From the NCBI GenBank assembly GCA_017535325.1, contig JAFXUC010000029.1:14878-78877 (forward strand): 64,000 nt of DNA, written 5' to 3'. The translations under genes were made by a program, and so were the position numbers. Source of the DNA: Bacteroidales bacterium (GTDB lineage: Bacteria; Bacteroidota; Bacteroidia; Bacteroidales; UBA3824). The notes under the pieces were generated by a model, which saw only the letters and a program-made list of their open reading frames with translations, was not told the origin of the DNA and ran no database searches. Each line of letters opens with the position of its first letter. Position 1 is the stretch's first letter. Below, one piece after another: positions 1 through 9,306 of the stretch.

Positions 1-454
1 TCGGCTTGGAGTCCGAAGGAAAAATCCCGCCGTCTTCCGAAACCCAGCCCGCTTTCGAGAGCACCACTTCATACGTGTAAATCGGACACTTGAATTTCAG
101 CGCGACAGCCACCGCGTCGGAAGTCCTTGCGTCGAGCCTTATAATGTCGTCGTCCGAAAAACCGGGCATACGGCAGATAATTTCTGAATAAAAAATGCCT
201 TTTTCAACATTTGTGATAACAACTTCCGTTACCTCTATGTTGAAAGACTGTGCAAATCTGTATATAAAATCATACACTAACGGACGCGCCGGTGTAAAAC
301 CGTCAAGTTCTATCGCAATGGCCTGCGCCTCGGAAAAACCTATCACGACAGGGAGTTTTCTCTTGCCGCCGGTTTCTTCCAGAATCAGCGTATACGCATT
401 TTCAATATTGGTCTTGTTGGCAATATTTGCTACTGTCAGCGGTATTTTTTTCAT
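1..454 (-). CDS. bifunctional nuclease (BFN/DUF151) family protein; C-terminus runs off the window edge
   Basis: Absent from the ORF track because there is no stop in the window. Reverse-strand reading from the ATG at 454-452 gives MKKIPLTVANIANKTNIENAYTLILEETGGKRKLPVVIGFSEAQAIAIELDGFTPARPLVYDF..., a typical DUF151 N-terminal pattern. Track ORF 195..521(+) is antisense to it. Confidence 0.6.
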   Translation of the reverse strand, partial: MKKIPLTVANIANKTNIENAYTLILEETGGKRKLPVVIGFSEAQAIAIELDGFTPARPLVYDFIYRFAQSFNIEVTEVVITNVEKGIFYSEIICRMPGFSDDDIIRLDARTSDAVAVALKFKCPIYTYEVVLSKAGWVSEDGGIFPSDSKP

Positions 455-625
455 AGGGATTTGTTTAAAAAAGTTTAGCAAATATAGATTTTTTTTTTGT
501 CTCGGGCAATTTTTTCTTTAAAAATCGTCAGAAATTTTACAAAAGTGTAAAAAAATGAAACCAAAACGTAAGATTATTTGTTACCGAAGTATTAATTTTA
601 CCGAAAATTTTAACTTATTAATATT

Positions 626-2077
626 ATGAAGAGGTATTTAGTATTAGTTTTAAGTTCGCTTGCAGCGGCAAATCTTAATGCACAAACTGGTCAGCCTTAC
701 ATTCACGACCCTTCCACGATAGCGGAATGTGAGGGAAAATATTATACTTTCGGCACGGGAGGCGGCGGTCTTATTTCGGAGGACGGCGGCTGGACGTGGA
801 AAGGCGGCGCAGAGCGTCCCGGCGGCGGAGCGGCTCCCGACGTTTTGAAGATAAAAGACAGATATTTAGTGATTTACGGCGCAACGGGCGGCGGTCTCGG
901 CGGCGGTCATTACGGCAAAATCCTTACAATGTGGAACAAAACCCTCGACCCTAAATCCCCCGATTTCAAATTTACAAATCCGGTGGAGGTAGCCTCTTCC
1001 GACGGTTTGGAGGATTGCGACGCGATAGACCCCGGTTTGCTTTTAGATCCCGTAACCGGCAGGCTCTGGTTCAGTTACGGAACGTATTTCGGCAACATCA
1101 GGCTCGTGGAACTCGACCCCGAAACCGGCAAGCGCGTACCCGGCAACAAGCCTCTTGACATCGCTATCGACTGCGAGGCTTCGGATTTGATGTACCGCGA
1201 CGGCTGGTATTATCTTCTCGGCACACACGGCACTTGCTGCGACGGAGTCAACTCCACTTACAATATAGTCTGCGGACGCGCAAAACAGGTTACCGGCCCG
1301 TATTTGGACAATGTCGGCAGAGACATGAAACAGGGCGGCGGAAAACTCGTTGTGGCTACCGGCGACAAGGCGGTAGGAGCGGGGCATTTCGGAAGGTTTA
1401 TAGTTGACGAGGGCGTTGAAGTGATGTCCTGCCACTGGGAGGCGGATTTCAATCAGGGCGGAAGAAGCGTTCTTGCTGTCCTGCCTTTGGTTTGGAAAAA
1501 CGGCTGGCCTAAGGCGGGCGAAAAAATCAAAGACGGCGTTTACGAGATTCAGTCCGAAAGAAGAGGCTACGCTTTGGAAACAGCCGAAGATTTTGTACGT
1601 ATTCCCCAAGACAGACAGGCATGGTGGAGAATCAAACCAGATGACCCTGTTAAACCTCTTGAACTTCAAAAACTTAGCGATGTTGAAAAAACTTGGAAAT
1701 CCGGCACCCGCGAAGTACGTTTGAGCGATTTTATGTTCCGTCCCAACCAGAATTGGAAAATTGAAGCCGTTGAAGGAAAAGGCGGTTATCTCGGCAATCC
1801 GTATTTCAAAATCACCATCGAAGGCACTACGCGCACTCTTACGGCGACAAAAGATTTGGAAGTGGTTGCAAAAGAGAGTTTTACGGGCGACGACTCTCAG
1901 TTGTGGAGAATAGAGCAGACTACCGACGGTACGTACAGAATTATGCCAAAACGTATTGAAGGTCAGACGGTTGACAACAAGACTTACGTTCTTTACTCAA
2001 TCGCCGACAGCACTCCTACTTTGAAAGAATGGGATTTCAACACCGACAATTCAAAGTGGAATTTGGTTAAACACTAA
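626..2077 (+). CDS. glycoside hydrolase family 43-like enzyme with C-terminal ricin-type (QxW) lectin-like module
   Basis: Signal peptide MKRYLVLVLSSLAAANLNAQ. N-terminal YIHDPS and beta-propeller-like blocks (DAIDPGLLLD, WYYLLGTHG). C-terminal SQLWRIEQTTDGTYRI and SKWNL motifs. Confidence 0.65.
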   Translation: MKRYLVLVLSSLAAANLNAQTGQPYIHDPSTIAECEGKYYTFGTGGGGLISEDGGWTWKGGAERPGGGAAPDVLKIKDRYLVIYGATGGGLGGGHYGKILTMWNKTLDPKSPDFKFTNPVEVASSDGLEDCDAIDPGLLLDPVTGRLWFSYGTYFGNIRLVELDPETGKRVPGNKPLDIAIDCEASDLMYRDGWYYLLGTHGTCCDGVNSTYNIVCGRAKQVTGPYLDNVGRDMKQGGGKLVVATGDKAVGAGHFGRFIVDEGVEVMSCHWEADFNQGGRSVLAVLPLVWKNGWPKAGEKIKDGVYEIQSERRGYALETAEDFVRIPQDRQAWWRIKPDDPVKPLELQKLSDVEKTWKSGTREVRLSDFMFRPNQNWKIEAVEGKGGYLGNPYFKITIEGTTRTLTATKDLEVVAKESFTGDDSQLWRIEQTTDGTYRIMPKRIEGQTVDNKTYVLYSIADSTPTLKEWDFNTDNSKWNLVKH

Positions 2078-2107
2078 AAAATTTTTTTACAAAGCCGAAT
2101 ATTTTTT

Positions 2108-2115
2108 TAAATTTG
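2108..2115 (+). promoter_or_regulatory. Bacteroidota -7 box (TAAATTTG)
   Basis: Matches the TAnnTTTG consensus, 25 nt upstream of the ATG at 2140. Confidence 0.5.
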
Positions 2116-2139
2116 CAGTCGGAAAAAATGTAAGAAATT

Positions 2140-2643
2140 ATGAGTACTCTGACTGACAAAGAGTTTGAGACTTTGTTTAAAAATAATTTCGTGCCGCTTA
2201 CAATCTACTGCACGAAATTTGTTAAAGATACCGAGACGGCAAAAGACATTGTTCACAAGGGTTTTATGAACCTTTGGGAAAGAAGGTCACAGATACCTTC
2301 CGAAAGTAATGTCAAGGCTCTTTTGTACCGTATAGTAAAGAACTTGTCGCTCAATTACTTGCGGGATTCAAAAAAGAATGTCCCGGGCGAAGACTTTCCC
2401 GATGTTGCGCAAGATAATTCCGAGGCTGATACGGATATTCAAGCCTCGGAACTTCAAGCGCAGGTCGTAAAAGCCGTAAGAGAGTTGCCCGAAAGAAGCC
2501 GCGAAATATTTTTGATGAGCCGTTATAAGGATTTGCCTAACAAAACGATTTCCGAAAAACTCGGAATAAGTATCAAAACGGTTGAAGCGCATATTACAAG
2601 CACTTTGAAAACGTTGAAAATGAAATTGTTAGGAGACAGTTAG
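2140..2643 (+). CDS. ECF (sigma-70 family) RNA polymerase sigma factor
   Basis: 167 aa. Region 2-like block DIVHKGFMNLWERR and region 4 HTH ISEKLGISIKTVEAHITSTLKTLK. Followed by FecR and a TonB transducer. Confidence 0.85.
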   Translation: MSTLTDKEFETLFKNNFVPLTIYCTKFVKDTETAKDIVHKGFMNLWERRSQIPSESNVKALLYRIVKNLSLNYLRDSKKNVPGEDFPDVAQDNSEADTDIQASELQAQVVKAVRELPERSREIFLMSRYKDLPNKTISEKLGISIKTVEAHITSTLKTLKMKLLGDS

Positions 2644-2734
2644 AAAAAAGATGTGTTTTTTTATAGGGTTTTTATCACTTTATGTGTTATAAAGGATAAA
2701 ACGAGCATGTAAACAGAAAAAAATTAAAACCAAA

Positions 2735-3574
2735 ATGAGTGCAAACAATTGGAATGATATTCCGAAGATTACGGATTTGAGCCTTCTTGATATTGACGTT
2801 GACAAGGAGTGGTCAAAGTTTGCCGCAAATGCGGGAATCAAAAAAGAACCTAAAATATTCTCTTTGAGCGGGTTACTGATGAAAGTAGCCGCTGCGGTGA
2901 TTGTGGTGTTGGGCGTTAGTTTTACGGTTTATAAACTTACTTCAAAACCTTTTAACCAGACTTTTGCCGCATTGGGCACTACCGTGGAAGCGGTTGTGGA
3001 AAATGCTACGCAAATCTCCCTCAACAAAAACAGCGAGGCGGTTTGCAGTGCAGACGACGGCGTTTTCAGCGTCAATTTAAAAGGTCAGGCATATTTTGAC
3101 GTGGAAAAAAATCCGCAAAGGGAATTCCGCGTTAAGACTTCCGATGTAACGGTGATTGTTCACGGTACGTCGTTTGATGTCTGCGAAAAAGAAAACATGA
3201 CAGTCGTAACGGTAACTTCCGGAAACGTGGAGGTGAGAAACAATCAGGGCGAAGTTAAGGAAAACCTTACAAGAGGCAAACAACTTGTCTGCTTGAAAAA
3301 CGGGGAAATGAAAGTTTCAGAGGTTGAGAATTTCAATTCAATCGCATGGAAACTCAAAAAGTTTGAATTTACCAATACCCCGATGAAACAGGTTGTAAGT
3401 CAGTTGAGTAAGGCATACGACTTCAAGTATTGCTTTGAGAGTTGCGAACTCGAAGAAATTCCGCTTACGGGTGAATTTGACAATCAGTGCCTTAATTCGG
3501 TTTTGAGGGTTTTGGAACAGACCTTGGACATCAAAATCGAAAAAACGGGTGAATATTACAAAATTAAAAAGTAA
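2735..3574 (+). CDS. FecR-family anti-sigma factor
   Basis: Single TM segment (LLMKVAAAVIVVLGVSFTVY). FecR-like beta core (GQAYFDV...FRVKTSDVTVIVHGTSFDV) and the C-terminal domain typical of Bacteroidota FecR. Sits between the ECF sigma and the STN-TonB receptor. Confidence 0.8.
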   Translation: MSANNWNDIPKITDLSLLDIDVDKEWSKFAANAGIKKEPKIFSLSGLLMKVAAAVIVVLGVSFTVYKLTSKPFNQTFAALGTTVEAVVENATQISLNKNSEAVCSADDGVFSVNLKGQAYFDVEKNPQREFRVKTSDVTVIVHGTSFDVCEKENMTVVTVTSGNVEVRNNQGEVKENLTRGKQLVCLKNGEMKVSEVENFNSIAWKLKKFEFTNTPMKQVVSQLSKAYDFKYCFESCELEEIPLTGEFDNQCLNSVLRVLEQTLDIKIEKTGEYYKIKK

Positions 3575-3580
3575 ATGTGA

Positions 3581-6214
3581 ATGAATGAACTCTGCCGCCG
3601 TTTTGTTTTGATAATTGCAATCTTGTGTTTCAATTTTGCGGTATCGGCACAAAACGGCGGCAGTTTTGTAACCGTATCTTATCAAAAAGGTACGCTCAAA
3701 GATGTTCTGGACGATATTTCCTCTCAAACCGGTTTCCTTTTCGTTTACAACAGTTCGCAGGTTGACGACAAAGTAACGCTTGATATTAAAGTAAAACACA
3801 AAGATTTGGAGCAGGTCTTGACCAAAATTTCTGAAATTCTTGATTTCCAGTATATTATCACAGAAAAACAAATCATCTTAAAACCCCGCCGCACGGAAGT
3901 CAGAACCAAGGAAGGCGACAATTCAAAACTGCCCGTCATATCGGGTTATGTCAGGGATTTTAAGACGAAGGAGGTTTTAATCGGCGCGACAATCAGCGTT
4001 GAAGGCAAAAACATCGGTACGGCTACCAACGCTTACGGTTATTATTCCCTGCCTTTGAGCCGGGGCGAATACACTTTTATATATTCATATTTGGGCTACA
4101 AGCGCGAGTATGTAAAAGTTGTGCTCAGCGGCAGCGTTGACATCAACAAAGAACTTGAAGAAACAGAAAACACAATCGAGGCAATTTCGATCAGCGGCGG
4201 CGGCAACAATGCCGGTCCTAAGGAGAGCCTCAGCAAAAGCGGCAGCAGTATCAATGTAAAATGTTTTGCGCAGTATTCGGGCTTGGTTTTGGGCGGCGAC
4301 TTGGCGGGCATTCTTGCAACCGACCACGGAATCACAAGACTTTCTGACGGTTCGGCGTTTTACAGCGTCCGAGGCGGCGGCAAAGACCAAAATCTTGTCT
4401 TAATAGACGAGGCTCCGATTTATCACCCGTCGCATTTGTTCGGTTTTTATTCGTCGGTCTCTTACGAGGCTATTAACGCGATTGACGTCTACACTTCGGA
4501 TTTCCCGCTCAAATACGGCGGCAGAATTTCCTCTGTTACCGACATCAGAACAAAGGACGCAATTCAGGGAAAATTCCGCCTGACGTGCGAACTTACGCCT
4601 TTTACAATTACGGGACTTGTTGAGACACCCGTCCATAAAGACCAAATCACCGCGACGGTCAATTACAGAAAATCCATATTGAAATGGGCGCAGAGACTTC
4701 TCGACAAAACCGGCGACAACAGTTTTTATGACGTCAACACCAAACTGCATTTCAAAGTCTCGCCCAAAAACCGTCTTTATCTGTCTTTTTACGGCAGCAA
4801 CGATTATTACAACGGGCTCAACACTTCAACCGACTACGCCGTAACATGGCACAACATCGCCGCAACGGTGCGCGATTATCAGGTTATCGGAAAAAATCTG
4901 TTTATGAACAATTCGCTCTACATCGGACAATACAATTATAAAACTTTGACAAACACAGAGCAGACTGATTATTGGGCGACGAGTATTCAAAACATAAGTT
5001 TGAAGTCTGACTTCGTGTATAATTCGGGCAACAGGCGTACTTTGAGGTTCGGAGCGGAATATACTTACCACTTTTTTACGCCGGCGACGCTTTACACCGA
5101 CAGAAAGAAAACCGACATCGGACTCTTGACCGGCAATGCCGACAATGTGGTGGTTTATGCCGGCTGTGAATTGCAGTTGACTGACAACGTGGCGGTTAAA
5201 GCGGGAACAAGGTTCAATCTCTGGAACAATTACGGCGCGGCAAAAAGTTATTATTACGACAAGTTGAAAATGAAATGGGATACGGTTTCTTATCCGAAAG
5301 GCAGGTTCAACACTCTTACCGCTTTTGAGCCGAGGATTGCCGTGGTTTGCAAACCCTCAGAAAAACTTACGCTGAAACTTTCCGGCGAGAGAAACGTTCA
5401 GTTTTTGCACACTTTGTCCAATTCGATAAGTCCCTTTACCACATTGGATTTGTGGATTCCAAGCGGAAATTACTTTAAGCCGCAGTCTTCTGACGCGGTA
5501 AATTTTTCTTCGGAGTTCAAGACTTCTGACTTAACGCTTACTTTTTGCACTTATTACAAGTTTTCCGATAATCTTACGGAATATATTCAGCACGCCAACA
5601 TGCTGATTAACAAGACTATCGAAAATGAGTTTTATTTGGGCAAGTCAGATTCTTACGGTTTTGAGACCGCCGCCGAAAAAACAAGCGGCAAACTTTTTTT
5701 AAAGGCGTTCTACGCTTATTCCTATTCGAGACGTTATACGCCGGAGTTGTCCAAAAAAACTTACATTCCCGACTACAATATTCCGCATACTGTTCATTTG
5801 ATGGCAGCGTATACGTTTTCAAAACGGTTTTCCGTGAAAGCGGACTGGAATTTTAATTCGGGGATTCCGTACACCAAGCCGACGGGATTTTTCTATTATG
5901 AAAATTATAAAGTGCCTTTTTTTGGCAGCCGCAACAATGCGCGTCTGCCCGATTATCACAAAATGAACATTGCGGTGGAATATAATATTCCCGTGCGTAA
6001 AATCCGGAATTTCAGCCACTTGATAACGCTGTCTGTTTTTAATGTTTATAACCGCGTCAACTTTGTCATGGTCTCTTACAACAAGATAAAGGCAGAGGAC
6101 GGAAAATACGTTATTCCTTCTAACTATGTCAAGGACAACGATTTTCTTGCAACCGGACTTTCGCTTCCGGGGATAATTCCGATGATAAGTTATAAGTTTA
6201 AAATAGGGGAGTAG
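3581..6214 (+). CDS. TonB-dependent receptor/transducer with N-terminal STN signalling domain and carboxypeptidase-regulatory-like domain
   Basis: 877 aa. STN-like VSYQKGTLKDVLDDISSQTGFLFVYNSSQV, CarbopepD_reg-like ISGYVRDFKTKEVLIGATISVEG...GYYSLPL, beta-barrel ending in ...SYKFKIGE. No susD-like gene follows. Confidence 0.8.
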   Translation: MNELCRRFVLIIAILCFNFAVSAQNGGSFVTVSYQKGTLKDVLDDISSQTGFLFVYNSSQVDDKVTLDIKVKHKDLEQVLTKISEILDFQYIITEKQIILKPRRTEVRTKEGDNSKLPVISGYVRDFKTKEVLIGATISVEGKNIGTATNAYGYYSLPLSRGEYTFIYSYLGYKREYVKVVLSGSVDINKELEETENTIEAISISGGGNNAGPKESLSKSGSSINVKCFAQYSGLVLGGDLAGILATDHGITRLSDGSAFYSVRGGGKDQNLVLIDEAPIYHPSHLFGFYSSVSYEAINAIDVYTSDFPLKYGGRISSVTDIRTKDAIQGKFRLTCELTPFTITGLVETPVHKDQITATVNYRKSILKWAQRLLDKTGDNSFYDVNTKLHFKVSPKNRLYLSFYGSNDYYNGLNTSTDYAVTWHNIAATVRDYQVIGKNLFMNNSLYIGQYNYKTLTNTEQTDYWATSIQNISLKSDFVYNSGNRRTLRFGAEYTYHFFTPATLYTDRKKTDIGLLTGNADNVVVYAGCELQLTDNVAVKAGTRFNLWNNYGAAKSYYYDKLKMKWDTVSYPKGRFNTLTAFEPRIAVVCKPSEKLTLKLSGERNVQFLHTLSNSISPFTTLDLWIPSGNYFKPQSSDAVNFSSEFKTSDLTLTFCTYYKFSDNLTEYIQHANMLINKTIENEFYLGKSDSYGFETAAEKTSGKLFLKAFYAYSYSRRYTPELSKKTYIPDYNIPHTVHLMAAYTFSKRFSVKADWNFNSGIPYTKPTGFFYYENYKVPFFGSRNNARLPDYHKMNIAVEYNIPVRKIRNFSHLITLSVFNVYNRVNFVMVSYNKIKAEDGKYVIPSNYVKDNDFLATGLSLPGIIPMISYKFKIGE

Positions 6215-6269
6215 TGAAAAAGTGTGATTTTTTTACTAAAATCACACTGAAAAATGTAAAAAATATTAT

Positions 6270-6277
6270 TAAATTTG
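6270..6277 (+). promoter_or_regulatory. Bacteroidota -7 box (TAAATTTG)
   Basis: TAnnTTTG match 16 nt upstream of the ATG at 6293. Confidence 0.45.
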
Positions 6278-6292
6278 CATTTTTTCAAAAAT

Positions 6293-6439
6293 ATGAAAAC
6301 ATTACTATTTTATATCGTACTAATGATACTCATTAGTAGTTGTAAACTTGATGAAGAGTTGTCTTATTTACAATATGCAAATAAGACGAAAGACACTATT
6401 ATTGTGTTTGCATCACCTCAGATGGATACATCGTTATGA
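6293..6439 (+). pseudogene. 48-aa N-terminal fragment of the small-lipoprotein paralog family (truncated copy)
   Basis: Below the track's size cutoff. Reads MKTLLFYIVLMILISSCKLDEELSYLQYANKTKDTIIVFASPQMDTSL*. It has a lipobox (ISSC) and aligns with residues 24-51 of the next gene (DEETESIYYANNTDTSVHIIAKTQYADT). Its stop overlaps the next ATG (ATGA). Confidence 0.5.
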
Positions 6440-6897
6440 AAAAAATCTGTATTATAGTATTAGTTTTGTTATTGTATGTCAATGTATTTTGTAATTTGTA
6501 TATGGATGAAGAAACGGAATCTATCTACTATGCAAATAATACTGACACCTCTGTACACATTATTGCTAAAACACAATATGCAGATACAATTATGCCTTGT
6601 ATATTCTCAGAGAATGTTCACAGAACGTCTGTTTCTCCGCATAGTGAGCGTGATGCATTGATAGATTTTGACTTTTTAAATAACCCTGATACCATTACTC
6701 TTTTTATTCTAAAAAAAGATGATGTATTGAATTATTCATGGAAAGAAATTGCTGACAATAGTATGTTTTTGAGCATATATATTCTGTCCAAAAATGATAT
6801 TTTGTTATTGTCAGAAACGAAATTTAATAAAACAATACCATATCCGCCAACATGGAAAATGCGAAATATGAAGATTTATACACCCAAAAACAGATAA
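6436..6897 (+). CDS. small secreted/lipoprotein, paralog family member (unknown function)
   Basis: 153 aa with a hydrophobic N-terminus. Shares YSWKE and the C-terminal IPYPPTWKMRNMKIYTP motif with the next gene. Confidence 0.6.
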   Translation: MKKICIIVLVLLLYVNVFCNLYMDEETESIYYANNTDTSVHIIAKTQYADTIMPCIFSENVHRTSVSPHSERDALIDFDFLNNPDTITLFILKKDDVLNYSWKEIADNSMFLSIYILSKNDILLLSETKFNKTIPYPPTWKMRNMKIYTPKNR

Positions 6898-6899
6898 TT

Positions 6900-7379
6900 A
6901 TGAAAATATTGATTTTATTTGTGTTAACTGCTACATTATTAGTTAGTTGTAAGAAGTGTTATTTCGATTCGGATAATGCAGTTATCAAAAACGAATCTGA
7001 TAAAAACATCGTAATACTTAAACTATATTATGATTATCAAAAAAATCCGAATGATACTATAATTTATGATGATTTTTCCGTTTACGAATTATCTATGAGG
7101 TCAATAAAGCCCAAAGAAACATTGAGTATCATATATTGGAATAAGCGGGAAAAAGATGTAATTTCTGCTGCTGATACTTTTTCGGTACATATTTTAGATG
7201 AAGAAGTTGTTTATGAATATTCTTGGAAAGAAGTTTGTAACAAATACAAGGTACTGTGCCGATACGATTTATCAGGACAAGATATAATTAATCTTAATTT
7301 CACCATTCCTTATCCGCCTTCCCCCGAAATGAAGAATATGAAGATGTATCCGCCGTATGAAGAACTGAATTTCCATTAG
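6900..7379 (+). CDS. small lipoprotein, paralog family member (unknown function)
   Basis: Start moved to the ATG at 6900 (MKILILFVLTATLLVSCKK, lipobox). Shares YSWKE and IPYPPSPEMKNMKMYPP with 6436..6897. Confidence 0.6.
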   Translation: MKILILFVLTATLLVSCKKCYFDSDNAVIKNESDKNIVILKLYYDYQKNPNDTIIYDDFSVYELSMRSIKPKETLSIIYWNKREKDVISAADTFSVHILDEEVVYEYSWKEVCNKYKVLCRYDLSGQDIINLNFTIPYPPSPEMKNMKMYPPYEELNFH

Positions 7380-7432
7380 AAAAATTTAACAAAAAAGTCA
7401 TAAAAAGATTTTTATGTTAGAAAAAAAGTTTC

Positions 7433-7440
7433 TAATTTTG
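7433..7440 (+). promoter_or_regulatory. Bacteroidota -7 box (TAATTTTG)
   Basis: TAnnTTTG match upstream of rplM. Confidence 0.45.
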
Positions 7441-7501
7441 CACACCCGATTATTATCAAAATTTATAATTAGTTTATTAAAAGTTTTAAAAATTTAAAAA
7501 C

Positions 7502-7966
7502 GTGGATTCATTAAGTTTTAAAACCGTATCGCTCAACAAAGAGACGGCACAAAAAGAGTGGCTGTTGGTTGATGCTACGGATCAGACATTAGGACGCTTT
7601 GCGTCTAAGGTTGCCATGCTTTTAAGAGGTAAATACAAAGCCTCTTTCACACCGCATGTCGACTGCGGAGACAACGTTATCGTTATCAACGCTGACAAAA
7701 TCAGACTCACCGGCAAAAAATGGGCACAGAAAGAGTATGTTCACCATTCACTCTATCCGGGCGGTCAGAAAATCGAAATCGCTAAGGACTTCGCTAAAAA
7801 AGTAGACGGATATGAGAGAATTATCCGCAAGGCAGTCCGCGGAATGCTCCCGAAAAACAAACTCGCGGATGCAATTCTGAGCAATAATCTTAAAGTTTAT
7901 CAGGGCGCAGAGCACAATCACGAGGCTCAGAAACCCAGACTTATTAACGTTAACGAACTCAGATAA
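7502..7966 (+). CDS. rplM: 50S ribosomal protein L13
   Basis: GTG start. MDSLSFKTVS...WLLVDATDQTLGRFASKVAMLLRGKYKASFTPHVDCGDNVIVINADK is the canonical L13 sequence. Confidence 0.95.
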   Translation: MDSLSFKTVSLNKETAQKEWLLVDATDQTLGRFASKVAMLLRGKYKASFTPHVDCGDNVIVINADKIRLTGKKWAQKEYVHHSLYPGGQKIEIAKDFAKKVDGYERIIRKAVRGMLPKNKLADAILSNNLKVYQGAEHNHEAQKPRLINVNELR

Positions 7967-7968
7967 TC

Positions 7969-8358
7969 ATGGCAGAGGTTACAAATACAGTAGGTAGAAG
8001 AAAAGCCGCCGTAGCAAGAATTTACTTAACTCCCGGCAACGGCGCAATCAAAATCAACGGCAAAGATTACAAAGAATATTTTACCGTTCCGCAGTTTCAG
8101 AAAGTAGCCGTTCAGGCACTTGACAAACTCGGTGTTTTGGCTAATTTCGACATCAACGCCAACGTTCAGGGCGGCGGTTTCAAAGGTCAGGCCGAGGCTG
8201 TAAGAATGGGTATCGCAAGGGCTTTGGTAAAAGTAAATCCCGAAGACAGAACCGCTTTGAAAAAAGAAGGCTTCTTGAAACGCGATTCAAGAGTCGTTGA
8301 AAGAAAGAAACCCGGTCGTCCGGGCGCAAGAAAACGCTTCCAGTTCAGTAAGCGTTAA
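7969..8358 (+). CDS. rpsI: 30S ribosomal protein S9
   Basis: GRRKAAVARIYL...GGGFKGQAEAVRMGIARAL...PGRPGARKRFQFSKR. Confidence 0.95.
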   Translation: MAEVTNTVGRRKAAVARIYLTPGNGAIKINGKDYKEYFTVPQFQKVAVQALDKLGVLANFDINANVQGGGFKGQAEAVRMGIARALVKVNPEDRTALKKEGFLKRDSRVVERKKPGRPGARKRFQFSKR

Positions 8359-8463
8359 AAAATTAAGTTTAGTATCCAAACTTTTCGGGACCGGCATCTC
8401 ATGGGATTTGACATGTTGCTACCCGGAGGTTGATTTAAGTTGAACGTAAACAAAAAAATTCAA

Positions 8464-9282
8464 ATGGTAAGTTTTGAAGAATTATTAGAGGCAGGTGTAC
8501 ATTTCGGACACTTGAAAAGAAAATGGAATCCTGCAATGGCCCCCTACATTTTTATGGAAAAGGGCGGAATCCACATTATAGATTTACACAAGACGGCTGC
8601 AAAACTCGAAGAGGCAGCAGCAGCCGCTAAACAAATAGCAAAATCGGGACGCAGAATTCTCTTCGTTGCAACTAAAAAACAAGCGAAGGAAATCGTTGCT
8701 GAAAAAGTTCAGGCAGTAGGTATGCCTTACGTAACAGAGCGTTGGTCAGGCGGTATGCTCACCAACTTCCCCACTATCCGTAAGGCTGTTAAGAAAATGA
8801 ACACCATCGAAAAGATGATGACGGACGGCACTTTCGACCAGTTGTCAAAACGCGAAAAACTCCAAATCACACGTCAGAAAGACAAATTGGAGAAGAACCT
8901 CGGTTCTATCGCTGACATGAGCAAAACTCCCGCCGCTCTTTTCGTTGTTGACGTTTTGAAAGAAAAAATCGCCGTTAAAGAGGCTCACAGACTCAACATT
9001 CCGGTTTTCGGTATGGTAGACACCAACTCTGACCCGAACTCTGTTGACTTTGTTATCCCTGCCAACGATGATGCTGCAAAATCGATTTCTATCGTTCTTG
9101 ATGTTATCACAAAGGCAATTTCTGAGGGTTTGGCTGAAAGAAAATCAGACAAGGACAATGCTGACAATCAGAAAGGTCAGAACGCCGGTCAGAAACGCGG
9201 CAACAAAACCCGCGCTCGCAAAGGCGGCAACAACGAAAAGGCTAACGCCGACAAACCCGCAGAAACACCTGCACAAGAGTAA
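8464..9282 (+). CDS. rpsB: 30S ribosomal protein S2
   Basis: The ATG at 8464 gives MVSFEELLEAGVHFGHLKRKWNPAMAPYIF, the conserved S2 N-terminus. The track's TTG at 8440 adds 8 unlikely residues. Basic/Gln-rich C-terminal tail. Confidence 0.93.
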   Translation: MVSFEELLEAGVHFGHLKRKWNPAMAPYIFMEKGGIHIIDLHKTAAKLEEAAAAAKQIAKSGRRILFVATKKQAKEIVAEKVQAVGMPYVTERWSGGMLTNFPTIRKAVKKMNTIEKMMTDGTFDQLSKREKLQITRQKDKLEKNLGSIADMSKTPAALFVVDVLKEKIAVKEAHRLNIPVFGMVDTNSDPNSVDFVIPANDDAAKSISIVLDVITKAISEGLAERKSDKDNADNQKGQNAGQKRGNKTRARKGGNNEKANADKPAETPAQE

Positions 9283-9306
9283 TTTATTAAAAACGTAAAA
9301 AACACA

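Noticed and set aside
195-521. Track ORF 195..521(+), 108 aa
   Set aside because: It is antisense to the much better supported DUF151 nuclease gene (1..454, minus strand), and its hydrophobic translation has no recognisable motifs.
8359-8463. Possible structured rpsB leader in the rpsI-rpsB spacer (CGGG...CCCG complementarity)
   Set aside because: Only a 4-bp GC pairing with poor extension could be drawn by eye. That is not enough to call a regulatory RNA without comparative data.
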